A DNA stretch of 64,000 nucleotides from Ginglymostoma cirratum (GCA_024137785.1 JAHRHZ010000013.1:12728707-12792706); one strand, 5' to 3'; counted from the stretch's first letter, positions 10,795 through 25,680 are shown. The notes: generated by a model from the letters alone, not told the origin. Program-made: numbers and translations.

Positions 10795-13700
10795 CTGGTT
10801 GACGACAACGACAAATGGGGAAGGGAAAATGGTAGAGCGGCAAAGAACAGGCGAGCAGACTCTAGCTTTTGGATGGACAGCCCTGTGATTGTGGTAGCGT
10901 GCCCTGGTCAGGGAGATAAGACTACTATCAGTTTTCCTGGCTGCTCTTATCTAATACCAAAGAAATGGGGTATGTTTCTTATGAATATTGAATGGTCAAA
11001 GCGCGGATTTTAAGTTTGCTGTCTGGCAGTACTGAACAGACAGGCTGAGTAAACTCCCCCGAAACATAGCGTCACAAGTGAAAATTATGCAAATTAACCA
11101 ACGCGGAGGACACAAGCACACTGGTTTGGCAATCATTGAATCTTTATAATCATAACTTGAATCAAAATCTCACCCTTTGAAACAAATCACGTTTTAATAA
11201 TATTGATATTGATATTGACATAAAATAAAGGAATACACTATTCGAGTATGCGTTTAATCTTCCGCGTTGATAGCGCTGTACTAACTTTTATTAACACCTT
11301 GTTGTAAAGAAAAGCCTTTGTTTGAAGTACAGCTTGAGAATAGTGCGGAGGAAATATGGCACCAGGGTGAAAATACAGCCTTGTTTCAAACAGGTTCAAT
11401 TGGTTCTAAAGCAGGGCCCATTTTTTCTTCCCTATTCAATGAAGTAAAGGTGTTAACAATGCTGAAGTAAAAGTGTTTCAGACATAGGAGCGAAAAGTTA
11501 CACAAGGGAAGCAAAACCGAGGCAAAAGCGGCGAGAATTGAAGGAGCTATAGTCACCCCTAATGCATACCAATGCTTCTGTCGTTTATGGCTACGTAAGA
11601 TTTATGACTTCATGCACTAAGGCTGTAAACAGAGCACTAAAGTGAAAACACTTGCTCCTATCGCTTATTGCGATGCAACTGCATGAAAGGGGAAGCCAAA
11701 CAGCGTAGGAGGGAAGATAGGGACAAAAATTCACTCGTTTGCAACTTTTCAAGTAAGCCGCTCAATGTTCTATCTGTAGTGAAGTACTTTATTGTCAATG
11801 ACCAGCCCTTGCACTTTCTTAAAGTGCTGAGTTCAACTTTTTCCCTCTTTCTCTGGAGATCGTAGGAAGGTGGCATAAAGTAACATCACGAATGCTGGAT
11901 TTAAAAAAATACTTGTTATAACTTAGGCTAGTTCAGTGAGATTTAATTAAGAAGCAGCTGGATAGAAAGTGAAAGCGCCCGGTTTACGTGAGGGTGTCTT
12001 CCAACATCATCGGGAGCTTGCTGGGTACAGCGAACTAAAATTCTGGATCAGAAACGGTTTACGCCATTCGAGGCTGCCGGCTCTCCCTGCGTCCAGTCGC
12101 TAAGTTTTGCACAGAGAAAGTAAACGATAAGAGGAGAGAACGTATGGGTTGATTTGAGCGATAAGATGCTATGCTGTTATGCAAGGTGCTGATAATTATT
12201 ACAACAGCCGTAACTTCCATTTCTAAAAAGATCTTGCTCGAGATTGGAAGACCATAACCAAAAGTTTATATTTCCGACAGCCATCTTTAATACTTTGATG
12301 TTCTGCTTGCTAAGAATTAGCATCCATTTTACGGCCTAGAATGCATGCTTCATGGCTCTATGTAATTCCCTCTGTAATTGGTACATTCATGTTTATTTTT
12401 GACCTATCCTGAAATCTACATATAAAAGCATAGTGTGGTCCTTTTATTTCACTGGTTGCTTACGGTTGGGTTAATGAATCCGAGTTGTTATAATGTTAAC
12501 GTGTGGGATTGCAACGATCATACCGTATTTTTAAAATTCAGAATAGTACAGACAACTCACCGAAAGTTCGTCAGTCTCGCTGAAAAGTCTCTGGCTGTAG
12601 AATTGTTATTTAGAATATAGTCTGGAACGGAAATGAGAAACTATTAATTGCCACTAATAAAAAAAGGCGTAGATTGAATGAGAAATTGAGCAACCCTTCC
12701 TTGACTAAATCAAGTAAATCTGCATGGATTATGAACGAAAATAAATCAACCTAGCTCTTTGAATCAACTTTACACCTAACATAGCCCTCTGATCAAAGGA
12801 AAAATGTTCTCTCAACGACGTGGAGGCTTTTTTGTGAAATATTATATGAATATTAGAAGCCGAGAATGGATCTTGCGCATTTTCTGTGATAAGGAACTTT
12901 ATGTATGTATCGTTTTCAAGTACATCTGCGCTAATGCAACTCTCATTTGCTCTTACTGTAAAATACTTGTATTATTTGTGTGTGCTTAACCTTGTCAAAT
13001 ATGCACCAGGACTGGATAATAAATCAGGGGGAAAATACGTGGAACCGAACTGTAATTAAATTTTAAATGCATTTACCAAAACTCTCTGCCCAGTGTTTGC
13101 ATTCAACTTTGGGTCGGCCGGATTGAGTGGGGCGACATTAAAAACTGCCGATATAATGCAAAAAAAAATAAATAGAGAGGCCGAAAGAAGAGTTCAAAGT
13201 CAACAAGGACAAAAATACCAACTCCAACTACGTTAATTTCACCGGTATTGTACATTTCGAAAAATAACGGCTTATGAAGTAGTGCTATCGCCAAATACAT
13301 ATATTGCATTTAGATATGTGTGGCGAAGGGCCGATTATGTAGGACAGAAAATAACTTTAATTATTTACAGTGTCTTTTTTTTAATCCACTCCCCACGCCA
13401 CCCCTTCCGATCTGATTTTATTTTGCGCGATTGGTAGAGTTTCAGTCGGGTACTGATCCGGCTATCAATAATTGCCACTGTGATTTGTCATATATAAAAA
13501 GAAGTAAAGCATTCGTTAAAGCAGATTGCATTCGCACGGCTGTCCCAGCACACCGAAAACATAAATCAAATCGCAACACCCTGACCTTTCCTGAGCAGGA
13601 CTCGCTGGTGGGTGCAATTTTATATAACACTTGCACCCCCAGCATCACATAACGAATCTGTTTCCATCCTTTTATTCATCCTGCAAGTACTTTTTTTTAA

Positions 13701-16700
13701 GAAAAAAGCAAAATTGGCTTATCTGTATCACGTTTTAATTTATTTCGTTAAATTCTTCAGGCAATCAGTATTCCAAAGCAATGACGGCCTGCTAGTAAAT
13801 AATCCCCAGATTCAACCTGTTTTATACTTTACATTAATCAAACGCTAGCATTGTGAAGATGAGCAAATAGGGGCAATTTTTAGCCAACAATGATTTTTTA
13901 AAATGTCAAACTTTGATTAACAGTCTTATTTTTTCACAAAATCACTACATGTCCCATTTAGAAGCATAAAATATAATGTCCATCTATTAGGAGATGTGAT
14001 TCATTGAGATTTCAACAATACACATAATAACGAAAAACCTAAATAGCCTCATTCTAGACACACTACAATCCACAAATTAGCTGACTGGATTTCTAAAATG
14101 GACGAAGAACCATTCATTGAAGCACATTACTTAATGAATAAAATGTCAGAATAAATAAATGTGTGTTTATCCTCATGTGATACAATAGTGATTCCTATTA
14201 ACAGCTATTAAAGCCAGATATTTTGGCGTCTCATTCAATGTTATAAACATAAGATGTTTTGTTTGTACATATTCGAGCAGAGAGCGGCCATTGACAGGAT
14301 TTCAATATTCGATTGTTCGTGTTTCAAGGAACAACACATGCATGTGATCCGAGCAATATCCCACGAAATAACTTCTTTTTTATTTCCCATCTGGAGGGAA
14401 AATGTTATTGGAAATGGATTATGTGCCGAAGCAAAGAGAAAAGAGGGAATCTAAGCGTGTTCTGGTACATTCTGACACCCGTAAGTCTTTTCACTGACCT
14501 TTGCCTTGAACAGCAATAACTCACCATATTAATGAACAATCAACGGAAGCATTTGGAATACCTCAAAATAAAATCCATTCCGCTAAATGCAGCATCTTGT
14601 CTTGCTCGCATATATTCCTTCATGTGAAATCCAGTGCCCAGAGTGCAATCTCTTTAGAAGAAAATAGCTGGCTCTTAACAGAAAGTGGAAAAGCGTAATC
14701 ACAGCCGAAGCCAGCATAGGTCTCCGATCCAAATGCCACAATAATGCGCTGTATTATGTGCTCACGTGGTCATACGTCAACTTAAATCCTTTTATTTGAA
14801 TTTGGGAGATAATTAAAGGAGCACCTTTTTCAAGCAAAACCTAACTTTTTACCCAACAAAACCTAGGAAGTTTCTTAAGTAGAGTTTTGTTGATGTTGCA
14901 GAAGGTTGCTCCGCGATAATTCTGTGCAGGAAATCCACGATACGGTAAGTTGTGTCGTCTGTATCTCATAATGTAAAAGACCCCAATCCGAGACTGTAGG
15001 CTCAACTACTTGGAACAGATGAATAGCTGTTTGTAACACATTAAAACCCGGAACGGGTGTTTAAATCGACCTATGAAGAAGGGAGAACTTCACATTTTCG
15101 ACCAAAACAGCCAAATAAGCAGGGAAGCCCCACAATGGTTAAGCTTCCATACGAATCTCCCTTTTCAGAGCGTGCTATTGTACTGGACTTGCTCAACACC
15201 CACACGTTACACCATGCTAGTTATTCAAACTAGAAAAGGTTTATAATTACCTGACAAAGACAAAGCAGTGTCCCAGAAAGCATAGTTGATTTTACTGAGT
15301 GTAGCGCAGGATGAGGAGAGGACTTGACAGCGATCTAACGATTCTGATTTCTTTACCAGTGGAATCGTAAATCGTGTCTGTAGGGACCTTCATGCAAAAT
15401 CTGTGCTTACACGCTTTCTGCCAATTGAGTGATGTGTGGAACTTGTTGTGGAAGAAAAGAGCAAAATAGACTCCAATGTAATAGATGTTGATTGCTATGA
15501 GGAATCATTAATGAGAAAAAGATCATTGTGTATCTGTGGAATAGAATTGAAATCTCTTGGTTGTTTCTCTGTGAGATGTACTCTAGTTTAGTGCAACACA
15601 TATTGAAAGTTTAGGGCCAAACAGAAAGTGCAGAGAGTTTGATATCAATTCATCCATAACTTCTATATGTCTGAAGTTATTCAAACTATAATTCATCTGA
15701 GAGATTCATGATTACTAAGTCCTTAGTCTAAAGTCTTCAATTTGAATTTTAAAACACGCCTTCTTCATGGACAGTCTGTCTTGAACAGGGACCCTTCTTT
15801 TTGTTGCTTATATTTTATTTTGCCCCTTCCACCTTTGCTTCCTTCTACTTATTGTAATCTTTGAACATCCCTGAAGGTTGTTCAATAAACATTCACTACA
15901 ATTTGCTGCACCTAGCATAGGCCCGTTTCCTTTATGTACTTTCCTTAGTAGCAAGCATTGCTTGGTATCACAAATGATTGAGATTCTTTTAAACGTCCCT
16001 TTCTACAGTCATGGGAAACTTACGTGCGTTCAAAGTTTGAGTTGGACAGCTTAGTATAGCTAATAATAAACTGAGTTAAATTATAATCATTACAGCAACT
16101 TCAAAGTGTCAGGGCACAAAAGTAAGGCGAATCTTTGGTTTCCCAACATCAGCAAATTTCAGAAAGGTTATAGACTCTTCATTTTCCCTCTGAACAAAAG
16201 GCCATAGTTAAACTCTCAACACAGTGTAAAACATTAATGAATAATTGATGAACGCTATGAAGTGAAGTTCGTCATTTTGATTCTGAAATAATTTAATGTA
16301 AACATATACACACGTAAATATATGCACATACGTATAAGCATATGCATGTCTATACATAGATAGGTAGACAGATAGATTGAAACTTAAACCGTGTTTCTTC
16401 GAAATAGGCAAGAAACGTCCTGAAATTGGAACAGAGTCGAAATCGATTATTCAGAGACTAAAGTTGGAAGAAACCTTTAGGTCACTGTTGTTGAGCAAGT
16501 GGAACATATCAAAGCAATAAATCGCCCTCACAGCTCAAAGAGGCTTGAGGCTAAAATATCCAAAGTTGATCAGTATTCTTGTTATAATGACTAATATACC
16601 ACTACAGATTTTAAATGTGCAAAGTTCAACCTTGAAATGTTCCAGCGCACAACTACAATGGAAATGTGTATTAGAAGAAGAGGAGAATCCGAAAAGAAAG

Positions 16701-16827
16701 GGCTATCAGACTTGGCGATAAGCAACAACTTCTCTTGAGTCAAGTTTTGTGCCATTAATTACGAACTGGGCCGGAATTTATCCTGTTTGCAAAATAGACA
16801 GAGCTGCAAAGAAACATTCCAGCTTAC

Positions 16828-17138
16828 CTGAGAATTCAGCAAAATCCCAACCATCGTCAAAGGATAGATAAAGCCGGCTGCGAAGTTGGTAATGTGCTTT
16901 ACAGGAGGGAAGTTTCAACGCATACTGAAGAGTCTACATTTTCCAGGCTGTCCGGCTGTTTTGACTTTATTGCACTCTGTTTACTCTGGACGGCTTCTCT
17001 TTCTGCAAAACCTTTTCAAATCAGATCATCAGGAGAAGGAAATTTCACTCCTTCGTACTGATTCGGCGCCCTGCAAATACAAACTGTTTGCCTTATACGT
17101 TTCTGCAGACGTCTGGGGGTGCCGGTTTTCGGTGAGAC
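16828..17138 (-). other. Candidate non-coding 5'UTR exon of HoxA3
   Basis: Acceptor CCTTTCCTCTCTCTCGCTTTAATGCATAG| at 17138 (alternative TTTGCAG| at 17070) and donor TCAG|GTAAGC at 16828. Confidence 0.55.
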
Positions 17139-20100
17139 CTATGCATTAAAGCGAGAGAGAGGAAAGGAGCCCCGCAAACAAGCTGGGCCGAATCGAGGGG
17201 GAAGAAAACCCTTATGGAATCCGTTCACGTGACTTAAAAATAATTGTTAGCAGAATCTGGATCAAATCTGGTTATTACGTACATACAATAAAGTTTCTGT
17301 GGTTCATTGTTAGGCTAGTATGCTTGCAAACTGGCAGTACATTTATGCGGAGTTGATTTAGGAAACAGCTGCTCTAGTCTTGAGGAAAGCTAAGTCCCAT
17401 TACATTATGAAGGTAAGGTTGAAGCCGAACAGCATGGCAGGGCAAGTGGGATTTGCACGTTATGCACGAATCACTGCTGCACGATTCATTTTACTCTTCA
17501 TTTTCTTTAAGCAACATTTAGATATATGTACGTTATACACTTAAAACTATGGATAAACAAATAACATTTTTCCCACTGTTTAAGCACGGCTAAATATTAT
17601 TTATTTATTCCCTAGTATAAATAAACTCTTTAGTTGAAAACATTCGACCCTGAAGCTGGGAAATAAAAAAAGAAACAGGATCTGATGCGAGATTTAGGCC
17701 GACGCTGATCGTGCTGGAGCATGAGAAAACATTCCAACAGAAGATTGATCGCAGTAAAACAATTGTTTTATTTTAATCTATATTATATAAACTTCATTCA
17801 AAAAACTATCGGAAAAGCAAACCAGTCTCGCATCAATAAAGTCCTGTTAATTCCATTTTGAGAGTGGCCTTGTAAGAAACTCATTTTTGTATGCGGGTGC
17901 AATTGACAAACCCATCACAACAAAACATTAAGGTTGGGTAATTTATTGCACCCCGCAATAAAACGTCTCTAGTTATCAAACAGCCCTTTAAATTAAGCAG
18001 AAAGTTTGAACACTGTTGCTAATCTGGGATTTGACAAAGTCTAACAACACTATTTCAAGCCGACAAAATGTTACCTTTAACCGACATATTGTTCGATATT
18101 CTGTTATGGAGTATTGGAAAATAACGATGTTTTTGTCGTTTTACCCTACATTCCCACCCCTGTCTATTCTTACTTGAGAACTTATTTACTTTATAAAAGG
18201 TTTAAGAATATTTCGATATGCTTTTCATTTCGGCGTGTTTTCTCGTACTTGTATAGAACTTGTATTTGAACTGGATTTCAGATGTGTAAATCATACCAAA
18301 ATAATTATTTATTTCTGAACAATGCTTTTCGTTTTTCGTTAAAATTGCAAATCAAATCGGAAAGTCTGTGCGTTCAGATATGTACACCAAATACAAAGAT
18401 GGAACAAACGGAACAGGGAGAATGGGTCTTAGTTGCATTTTGTTGCCAGTATCCTAATACTCTCCTAATAAAAAAAAAGAAATCTGACATATTTTACTTT
18501 CACTTCTAACCGAGTGGGTTCAAATCTCTTCAACATATTTTGTTGTTTACAGCTGTACATTCTGGCGTTAAATTCATATGTAAAAGTAAATGGGATAGAA
18601 TTGGATACTAACATTATAAGTACAGACTCTGAGAAAGAGTGCATTGAGGTGTCATTGAAAATTGAATGGTTGGTTGTACAAAACATACCAGCCTTCAAAT
18701 GTGGTTACAAGCGCTTTTATTTTGGCAGTCTGTATGACAACAAACTAACATACCCTATACAATTACAGTAAATGTTTAATGATTCTCTCCCGAGTTGATT
18801 TTAGGTTTCAAATCCATACAGAGTTCAAAATGAAAGATGTATTATTTCATAATATCACAGGGAACGTTGTCTTTCCTTTACATACGATAATATGACACGG
18901 TTTTAACTAAACCATCTTTATGTTTCTAGCTGAAGTGATTTCTTTGAGGTTGTGGTGAACCCCAAACAAAGGAATTACCCTCGCCTTTTGTTTCTTTAAA
19001 TAACCACCGACCTGCCACTCTTCAATGACTCCATGACTACCTTTTGCAGCTGGGTGAGACATTTCAACGTGGAAGGAATCAGCTCTGCCGAGTGCACGGA
19101 ACCTCTCATCTTATAACAAAGTTGAAAAAAATAAATTACGTTTTCATATGGTAGACACCGATTCCAATGAACTGCAGCACCAAACCACCTGTTACACTAA
19201 AATAAAACGCCTCCACCTGAAATCAAACATCTAACTTCAGCAGAGCAATCAAAACAAAATGTTTTACCTTTTAAATTGGGATTCTTAGATCACCTCAATG
19301 CCCAATTAGACTATCCTGGAACGAGTCTTGATTCTGGACAGAGACAAAATAGACCTAAAAGGAGCACATTTATTGTCGTTTTAAAAAAAGCATCGCGTAT
19401 CTGTTGCCAAATAGTAACGCATAATGTATGTGTATTGCTCTTATTTTAGGAGGTGGATCCAATTACAGACGTGTTTTATTGGAATGCCAGCCCGGAAGCT
19501 GAAGACATTGTATCAGCCGCTGTGCTATTGCAATTATCTTGTTTTGATTGATCATAGCCAATAGTAAGAATAATAAAATGTACTTGACTGGAGTGATGAG
19601 ACATTTAATTAAGCGCTATGTACTTTTACTAATGATCTTTTATTGTAAATATTAGGAGTGGTACTCAATTATGAGTGCAAACAATGCACGCTCCTGGATC
19701 TAATTTGGTCAGGTATCAACATCAAATGCACCTATTAAATAGCAGCAAGATCTTCAGGAAGATCAAATGTATCCTTTCATGAGGGTAAACTCTATCCAAA
19801 TGAGTGTAGAGCTTATATAGGCAATGCAATGGAAATGAAGGAATTCAAGATTTTGACAATAGCGGATTCATTACCTTGTCCTAAAACACAAAAAAAAAAT
19901 AAAGACAGGTGTTTCTCTATACTATTTGGTCTGATATATTTTGTTCGGCTCAGGATTGCATATTTTTCTATCTACCAGAAAAATCGTACATAGCTAGAAG
20001 TGTTTCACTTTGCTCAGAATTACATATGTTAGTGCACTTGCTGGAGCATCATAACTCTGCCACTTATTGTAAATCGCTCAAATTAATGAATCATAGAGGA

Positions 20101-21950
20101 ATTTAACTTATGCCTCTTCATTTCCAAATGCTGGTGTCTACAGTTGCCTCTCAGCCCTGCGCATGTAAGAGATGGTGATTTATTAACGACAGGAAAATTG
20201 AACAAAGCAGCACAGCTACACCGTGGTATCCAGGCATACATACTGTGAACTAGAACATCATCATATGTGTTTGTATTTGTTGCAATTAATCATGAAAAAA
20301 TCTAAAATATTACTGACACGCGAGAGACTGACTAAACACCATCACAGACATGCCGTGATTTAAATCTGAATACTAAAGGGCGCTATTCATCATATTTATG
20401 ACAGTATTAAGAAATAAAAAAACTGTAAAAACATATAGAGAATAAAACACAGATCATAAAGACACTACTCACCACAACTCGCGTCTGATTTGCGCCTCTT
20501 CCTTTTCTAAGACAGGTCTTCCAAATATAGACTTATTTTTAAGGAAAGTTCATTTTCACATCAGACTGAAACAGATCTAGTGCGAATACTGACGACTACA
20601 TATCTATTCCGGACCGGCTGCATTAATTATTTAATGAGTCACGTGACTGGGGAGATTAAAATTTCAATACATACACAGAGGAGACGCGTGACCCTTTATC
20701 TTGGAGAGTGGAGATTTTTTTTCTCTTTGCTTCACTTCTTAGTTGAATCTTTTTGCTTTGGCTTTCTTTTAGTCTTTGGAAGCTTGCTGGTAAGTGATAA
20801 TACAAAAATGACTGGCCTGTGCTGATCCCATGTTTGACGGGTCTGCCATTTGTGTCACCTATAGCTCGAGCTACTTCAGTCCAATATTCTTGGGCATTTC
20901 TTCAAGCTGCCTTTATTGTCTGCCTGACATTTTGATATTGAACTCACTGTTACAGCGCCCTGCATATATAACAGTCACATGTAAGACCAACTCTTTCATG
21001 TATGCCTTTACATCCCCCAGAGGCTGCTAAATTTGACACTAAACCGACCCTTACTAGCCATAGTCGATACTCTATTATACCAATCAAAAGTGTATTAGTT
21101 TTTGTATTGTGTCTGGTATTTGAGACCCTATGATTAACATACTGCATATGCAACGAACATTATGTTCTACAGTTGATTAAAAACAGACCCATAGAATGTT
21201 ACGTTTAGTGACAATCTCGCTTATTATTTTAGATGCGCTTTAAACTCAAACTGTCAAGTTTGACTTTGCTGAAATCATACATTTTTATATGCGCGTACCT
21301 AGGTCTAATCAACAAAAAAGAAATGTTGCATTCTTGTTTATTAAAGCAATTACATATAAATTTCCAAAATGCCGGCCACAGCTACACACATACACGTATA
21401 GTTCCTAGAAAGCAATCTCATACTTGATACAAAACATACTCGTTACTCCTCTGTTCAATAATCATAACAATAGACCCTTCTTAATGGATGCATTATCTCA
21501 CTGTAACAAGAGAAGAATTTGAACCATTCTTTTAAATCATGCCAACAATGAACTACAAAACGTTATCAACTGAACGACCTAAAACAAGCAGTTTCTTACT
21601 AACCATAAGAATTGTTTTTAAACAGTCTTTTGCAGGTTACATATAAATTATCATCAAATACTCTTTTACACAGGCAATTGCCACAGAATAAAATGCACTA
21701 TATAAATTAATTATACGTAGACACACTATACATAAAAAACGTTTTCTCTCATTATCGTCATGAACTTAAATATGAGTTTCCAGGATATGTCATTTGGATA
21801 TCGTTGTAAGTTTTTTTTTAACAAGATACATTTTAACCCCTATCTGCAGGCGTAGGAAATGGTAGAAAGAGCGCTGTCCATCTTTTTTAAAGGTCAAGGG
21901 TTTGAGGGGTCAGTCTGCACCGCTAAAAGCGGCTAATCGGTCAGAAAATC

Positions 21951-21967
21951 TGTCCTCTCTGTGAACT
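21951..21967 (-). promoter_or_regulatory. DR5 RARE 3' of HoxA4 (Hox4 3' neural enhancer type)
   Basis: Minus strand reads AGTTCA cagag AGGACA. The AGGACA half-site and the position 3' of a Hox4 gene fit known Hoxa4/Hoxd4 3' RAREs. Confidence 0.82.
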
Positions 21968-23812
21968 CACTCTGGTTGCCCAGCCGTTGACAAACAATGC
22001 AACTTTTTATTACAAAAGAACGTTCGATTTACAATAAACTACAAACATCAAAGAGAAAGGAAGTAAAGATGCAAAAGGTTTTTCATTTGCTGAACGCAGC
22101 TAAAGTTTAGCCATATAAAGGATAAGTTTTAATAAACTTGCCCTTTCCAAAACAGGCATGACGGAGATAGTTATCCTTTACTTATGATAACGTACATATA
22201 ATTTTCTGCGGTAATAAAAATTGTCCAACAAGAGTCTCGAGGACTGTTCCAACTGGGAAAAAATGGTGTTCGTCGAGATGGCCACATTTTATTCAGGAGA
22301 ATCCAATGTGTCCACACACTTTTCCAAAAGAACGCCCTTCAGACTTGCTGTTGAAGTATACAAAGAAGTATTTATTGAATGAGGTGATTAATGATTCCGA
22401 GCAAAATCTGGTATTTTCAATCTGTTTAAAATTCCTTTTACAGATAAGCAAGCACGACTGCCTAATGGGGGTGAAGTTTCTCATCGTGCAATTCTTTGTC
22501 TTTCCATATACTTTTGCGGCCCTCTTAAACCACAATACAAAACATGTTCAAAACCGTCTATGCTTAATAATATGAGCAGTTTTTCTGTCATTTGTAAAAG
22601 CGCAACAATTCTGGGCAGCAAAATGTATTTTTCTTTCGAAAGGGGATGTGGAAACTGAGTCTATGCTCGTATAGTCCTTATTGATAGTTTTGACAAAATG
22701 TGTTTGTGAAAAATCTTGGGTTATTACAGCGCACTTCAGTTTTAAACAAGTTTTAGGAGGAAATACAGGCAATATGCATATTTTCCCCGCCGCGAGAGTG
22801 GTGCGTTCTGCTCGATTATATTGTTTGCACTAACAATGCAACACATTTCAAGGAGGAAAAAGCTAGCAATCAACGAAATTTCTGCTGTGAACATTAAATG
22901 TTGCTGGGATATACAGATGAATCAAAATCAGAAAGATACTTCTGAAGAAATTCATTGTTTCTTAAAGATAAAACCTCCAATATTCTGTTCCTTTTCCCTA
23001 GTATGTCTGATACTTATGTTGCCTTTTAGCAATCAATAACATAGATCATAATAGAATTATCATCCTTCATGATGTTTGAAGTCACCAGTTACAATTTTAT
23101 GTTCTGTGCAGTAACTCTTGCTTAATTATTCAACGCCCTTCCCCTAAGATTAACAAAATGAAGTCAAAGTATATATTGGAATATTTAATCCTGCAGTTTA
23201 TAGTTTATCAGCCACTATTAAATGTAAGAAGACAAACAATGATTGCACTTTATATTTAAAATGCAGTTGCCACATTCCATTATGTAATGCATGAGAAAGC
23301 ACAACTAAATGCAAAGTGGAATTAAAAATAATCCCACGTAATTATACTTTATTTCGGGATCAGAAACGTAGAATCTATGGCTATAAAAAAGCTGGGTTTG
23401 CCACCTTATCGATGAGTTATTATTTGATAGCCTCACATTTTACTGCATTATTTACGACTCGGTGACGTAGAACTTGATGTGGAAAGGCTGTAGAAAGACG
23501 AATTGTAGATCCATGCAGTAATTTATCCTCTTTCGCCCACTTATTCTTCAGAACCACATGAAATATTTTGCTGCGTGTGTATGTGAAGGGGGAGGGAGTG
23601 GGGGCAGCGGGAGACGTTGTTGAGGGACCTGGGAGGAGGAGTTAGAAGGTTTTATTTTGAAAATAAGAATGTGAACAAAATGTACTGAAAGCAAATCAGT
23701 TAAACGCATAGCCCCGTTATGAATTCGAGAAAACAATTCGCTGAGCGTTCGCAAAGTCCTGACTAGAAGTAATTTGTACACATAAAAACTGAGCTGGTCC
23801 ACGAATTAACAT

Positions 23813-23818
23813 TTTATT
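23813..23818 (-). terminator. Probable HoxA4 polyadenylation signal
   Basis: AATAAA on the minus strand, about 770 nt after the stop. Confidence 0.5.
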
Positions 23819-24589
23819 TAAAGCCTGTGGCTTCATTTTACACTGCAATTTTTGTCTTTCGTTTTAGCAACATTTGGCACTGCACATAGCACACTGAAAT
23901 ATCCACAGAAAAATACACAAATCTTACCAATGATTTGTATGGTTTCGTCACAGTTTGGACTGTACCAAAATTGTTAAATATACAACCACTCATTTGAAAT
24001 CTCTGCATAAGATCCTTGCACATTCGTTATACTGATATCAGTAACACGACTATATAGAGAATACAGGTTTAAAATAAAACACCTTAAATAGCGCTGGCGA
24101 CATAATTTATTTCCTATATATGTAGCATCTGGACAGTTTATTTGCTCTAAAACCATGTTCCACATCCACACATATTGCTGCCTTTCTCATTTTCTAAAAC
24201 AGACTTATTCTTAAATTCTCACAAATATTCCAACAGACTACACTAGTTGTGATTATGACGCTTACAGTTCCTCACAATATCTATTATTCACTGTCCTTAT
24301 TTTTCTTTTTGCTTTGAATATCAGGGAAGAAGCCACTTTGATAGAACCTTGCATCGGTTCATGTGGAGGTAATGAAGGATGCCGAATATATCCTAGCAAA
24401 CAGAAAACACTCTGAAAGTCTGCAGGGAATGAGTTGATAGAACAGTAATGTTTGTCCCTTTTGGGGTTAACAGCACCTACCCTGGAAAAAAATCGCTGCA
24501 AGAAATCCCACCTCATTCAAGTCAGTAATGTGGCAAACACATTTTGGTCCAAACTATATTGTGGGAGAGGGGTTGGAGAGACGAAGCAG

Positions 24590-24915
24590 CTATAGACTTG
24601 ATGAATTTGGTGTTGAACCATCTGGCTGTGGGCCCTGGGAGGATACTTGTGTTTGCTGGCTTGTAGAAGATGATGAGCTAGCAGAACGCATCTTAGTGTT
24701 AGGCAGTTTATGATCTTTCTTCCATTTCATCCTTCTGTTCTGAAACCAGATCTTCACCTGGCGTTCAGACAGGCAAAGAGTGTGTGCAATCTCAATGCGT
24801 CGACGCCTGGTTAGGTAACGGTTAAAATGGAACTCCTTCTCCAGCTCTAATACTTGTTGTCTCGTGTAAGCAGTTCGAGACCGTTTGGGCTCTCCTCCAG
24901 TGTAACTTGGGTTCA
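24590..24915 (-). CDS. HOXA4: HoxA4 coding exon 2 (homeodomain)
   Basis: Encodes [29 protein letters not shown]...[13 protein letters not shown]. Acceptor is TTCAG|TG at 24916/24915. Spliced CDS is 247 aa. Confidence 0.97.
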
Positions 24916-25121
24916 CTGAACAAAACAAAAAGTAGCCAAACATAAATACAGACACAGTCACGAACTGAAAATGGGATTAGATGCACATGAATGAAGGTCC
25001 TAAAAGACAAGACTTTTTCTAAAGTGATCTGACAAAAGCGTACAATCTACTGCAATAAAATGGCTCTGGGCATTTAGGTTAGAAAAGCATCAAAGGCACA
25101 TGGCCAGGAGGAAGATCCAGA

Positions 25122-25150
25122 GCAATGAAATTTATGGGCGCTGTAATTAC
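25122..25150 (-). promoter_or_regulatory. HB-1-like homeodomain/Cdx binding element in HoxA4 intron
   Basis: Minus strand reads GTAATTACAGCGCCCATAAATTTCATTGC, the conserved Hox4 intron motif. Confidence 0.75.
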
Positions 25151-25262
25151 CGACCTAACTGTTAGGTGATCGTAAATCTCATGAAAGGGCTAGTTACAGA
25201 AAGGGTTCCGCACATCCGACTTCAATTGAATTTTAATTGTTTCAGTTAGCTTTATTACTTAC

Positions 25263-25680
25263 CGGTTGTAACGTGAATTTTCTTCATCCACGGGTAAACT
25301 ATGGGCTCTTTGCTGAGAGTACCTTTCTGGGCACTGGGATTTTTCGCATTCTGGCTACACAAAGCTGGTGTGGCTACTGGGACCACTTCACAAAGCTGAT
25401 TCTGTCTCGGTATGTGATTTTGGAGGCTAGCCTGCGACTGCACATGACCCCTTTGCGACATGTCTTGGTTGCCAGTGCCTTGGACATTGTTGAAGCTGTA
25501 GGTCGGCTCTGGGTAGTTTGATTGTGGGTATAGTGCCTCATGATGGAATCCAGGGTCCCGCGGCCGCTCGTAGTATTCAGGAGATTGGCTTGGTATGTAG
25601 TTATTTTGAGAATATTCCTCACAAGGTGGAAATTTTGGCTCAACGTAGTTGGAGTTTATCAAAAACGAACTCATGGTCAT
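25263..25680 (-). CDS. HOXA4: HoxA4 coding exon 1
   Basis: Starts MTMSSFLINSNYVEPKFPPCEEY, has hexapeptide VYPWMKKIHV and donor ACCG|GTAAGT. Confidence 0.96.
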
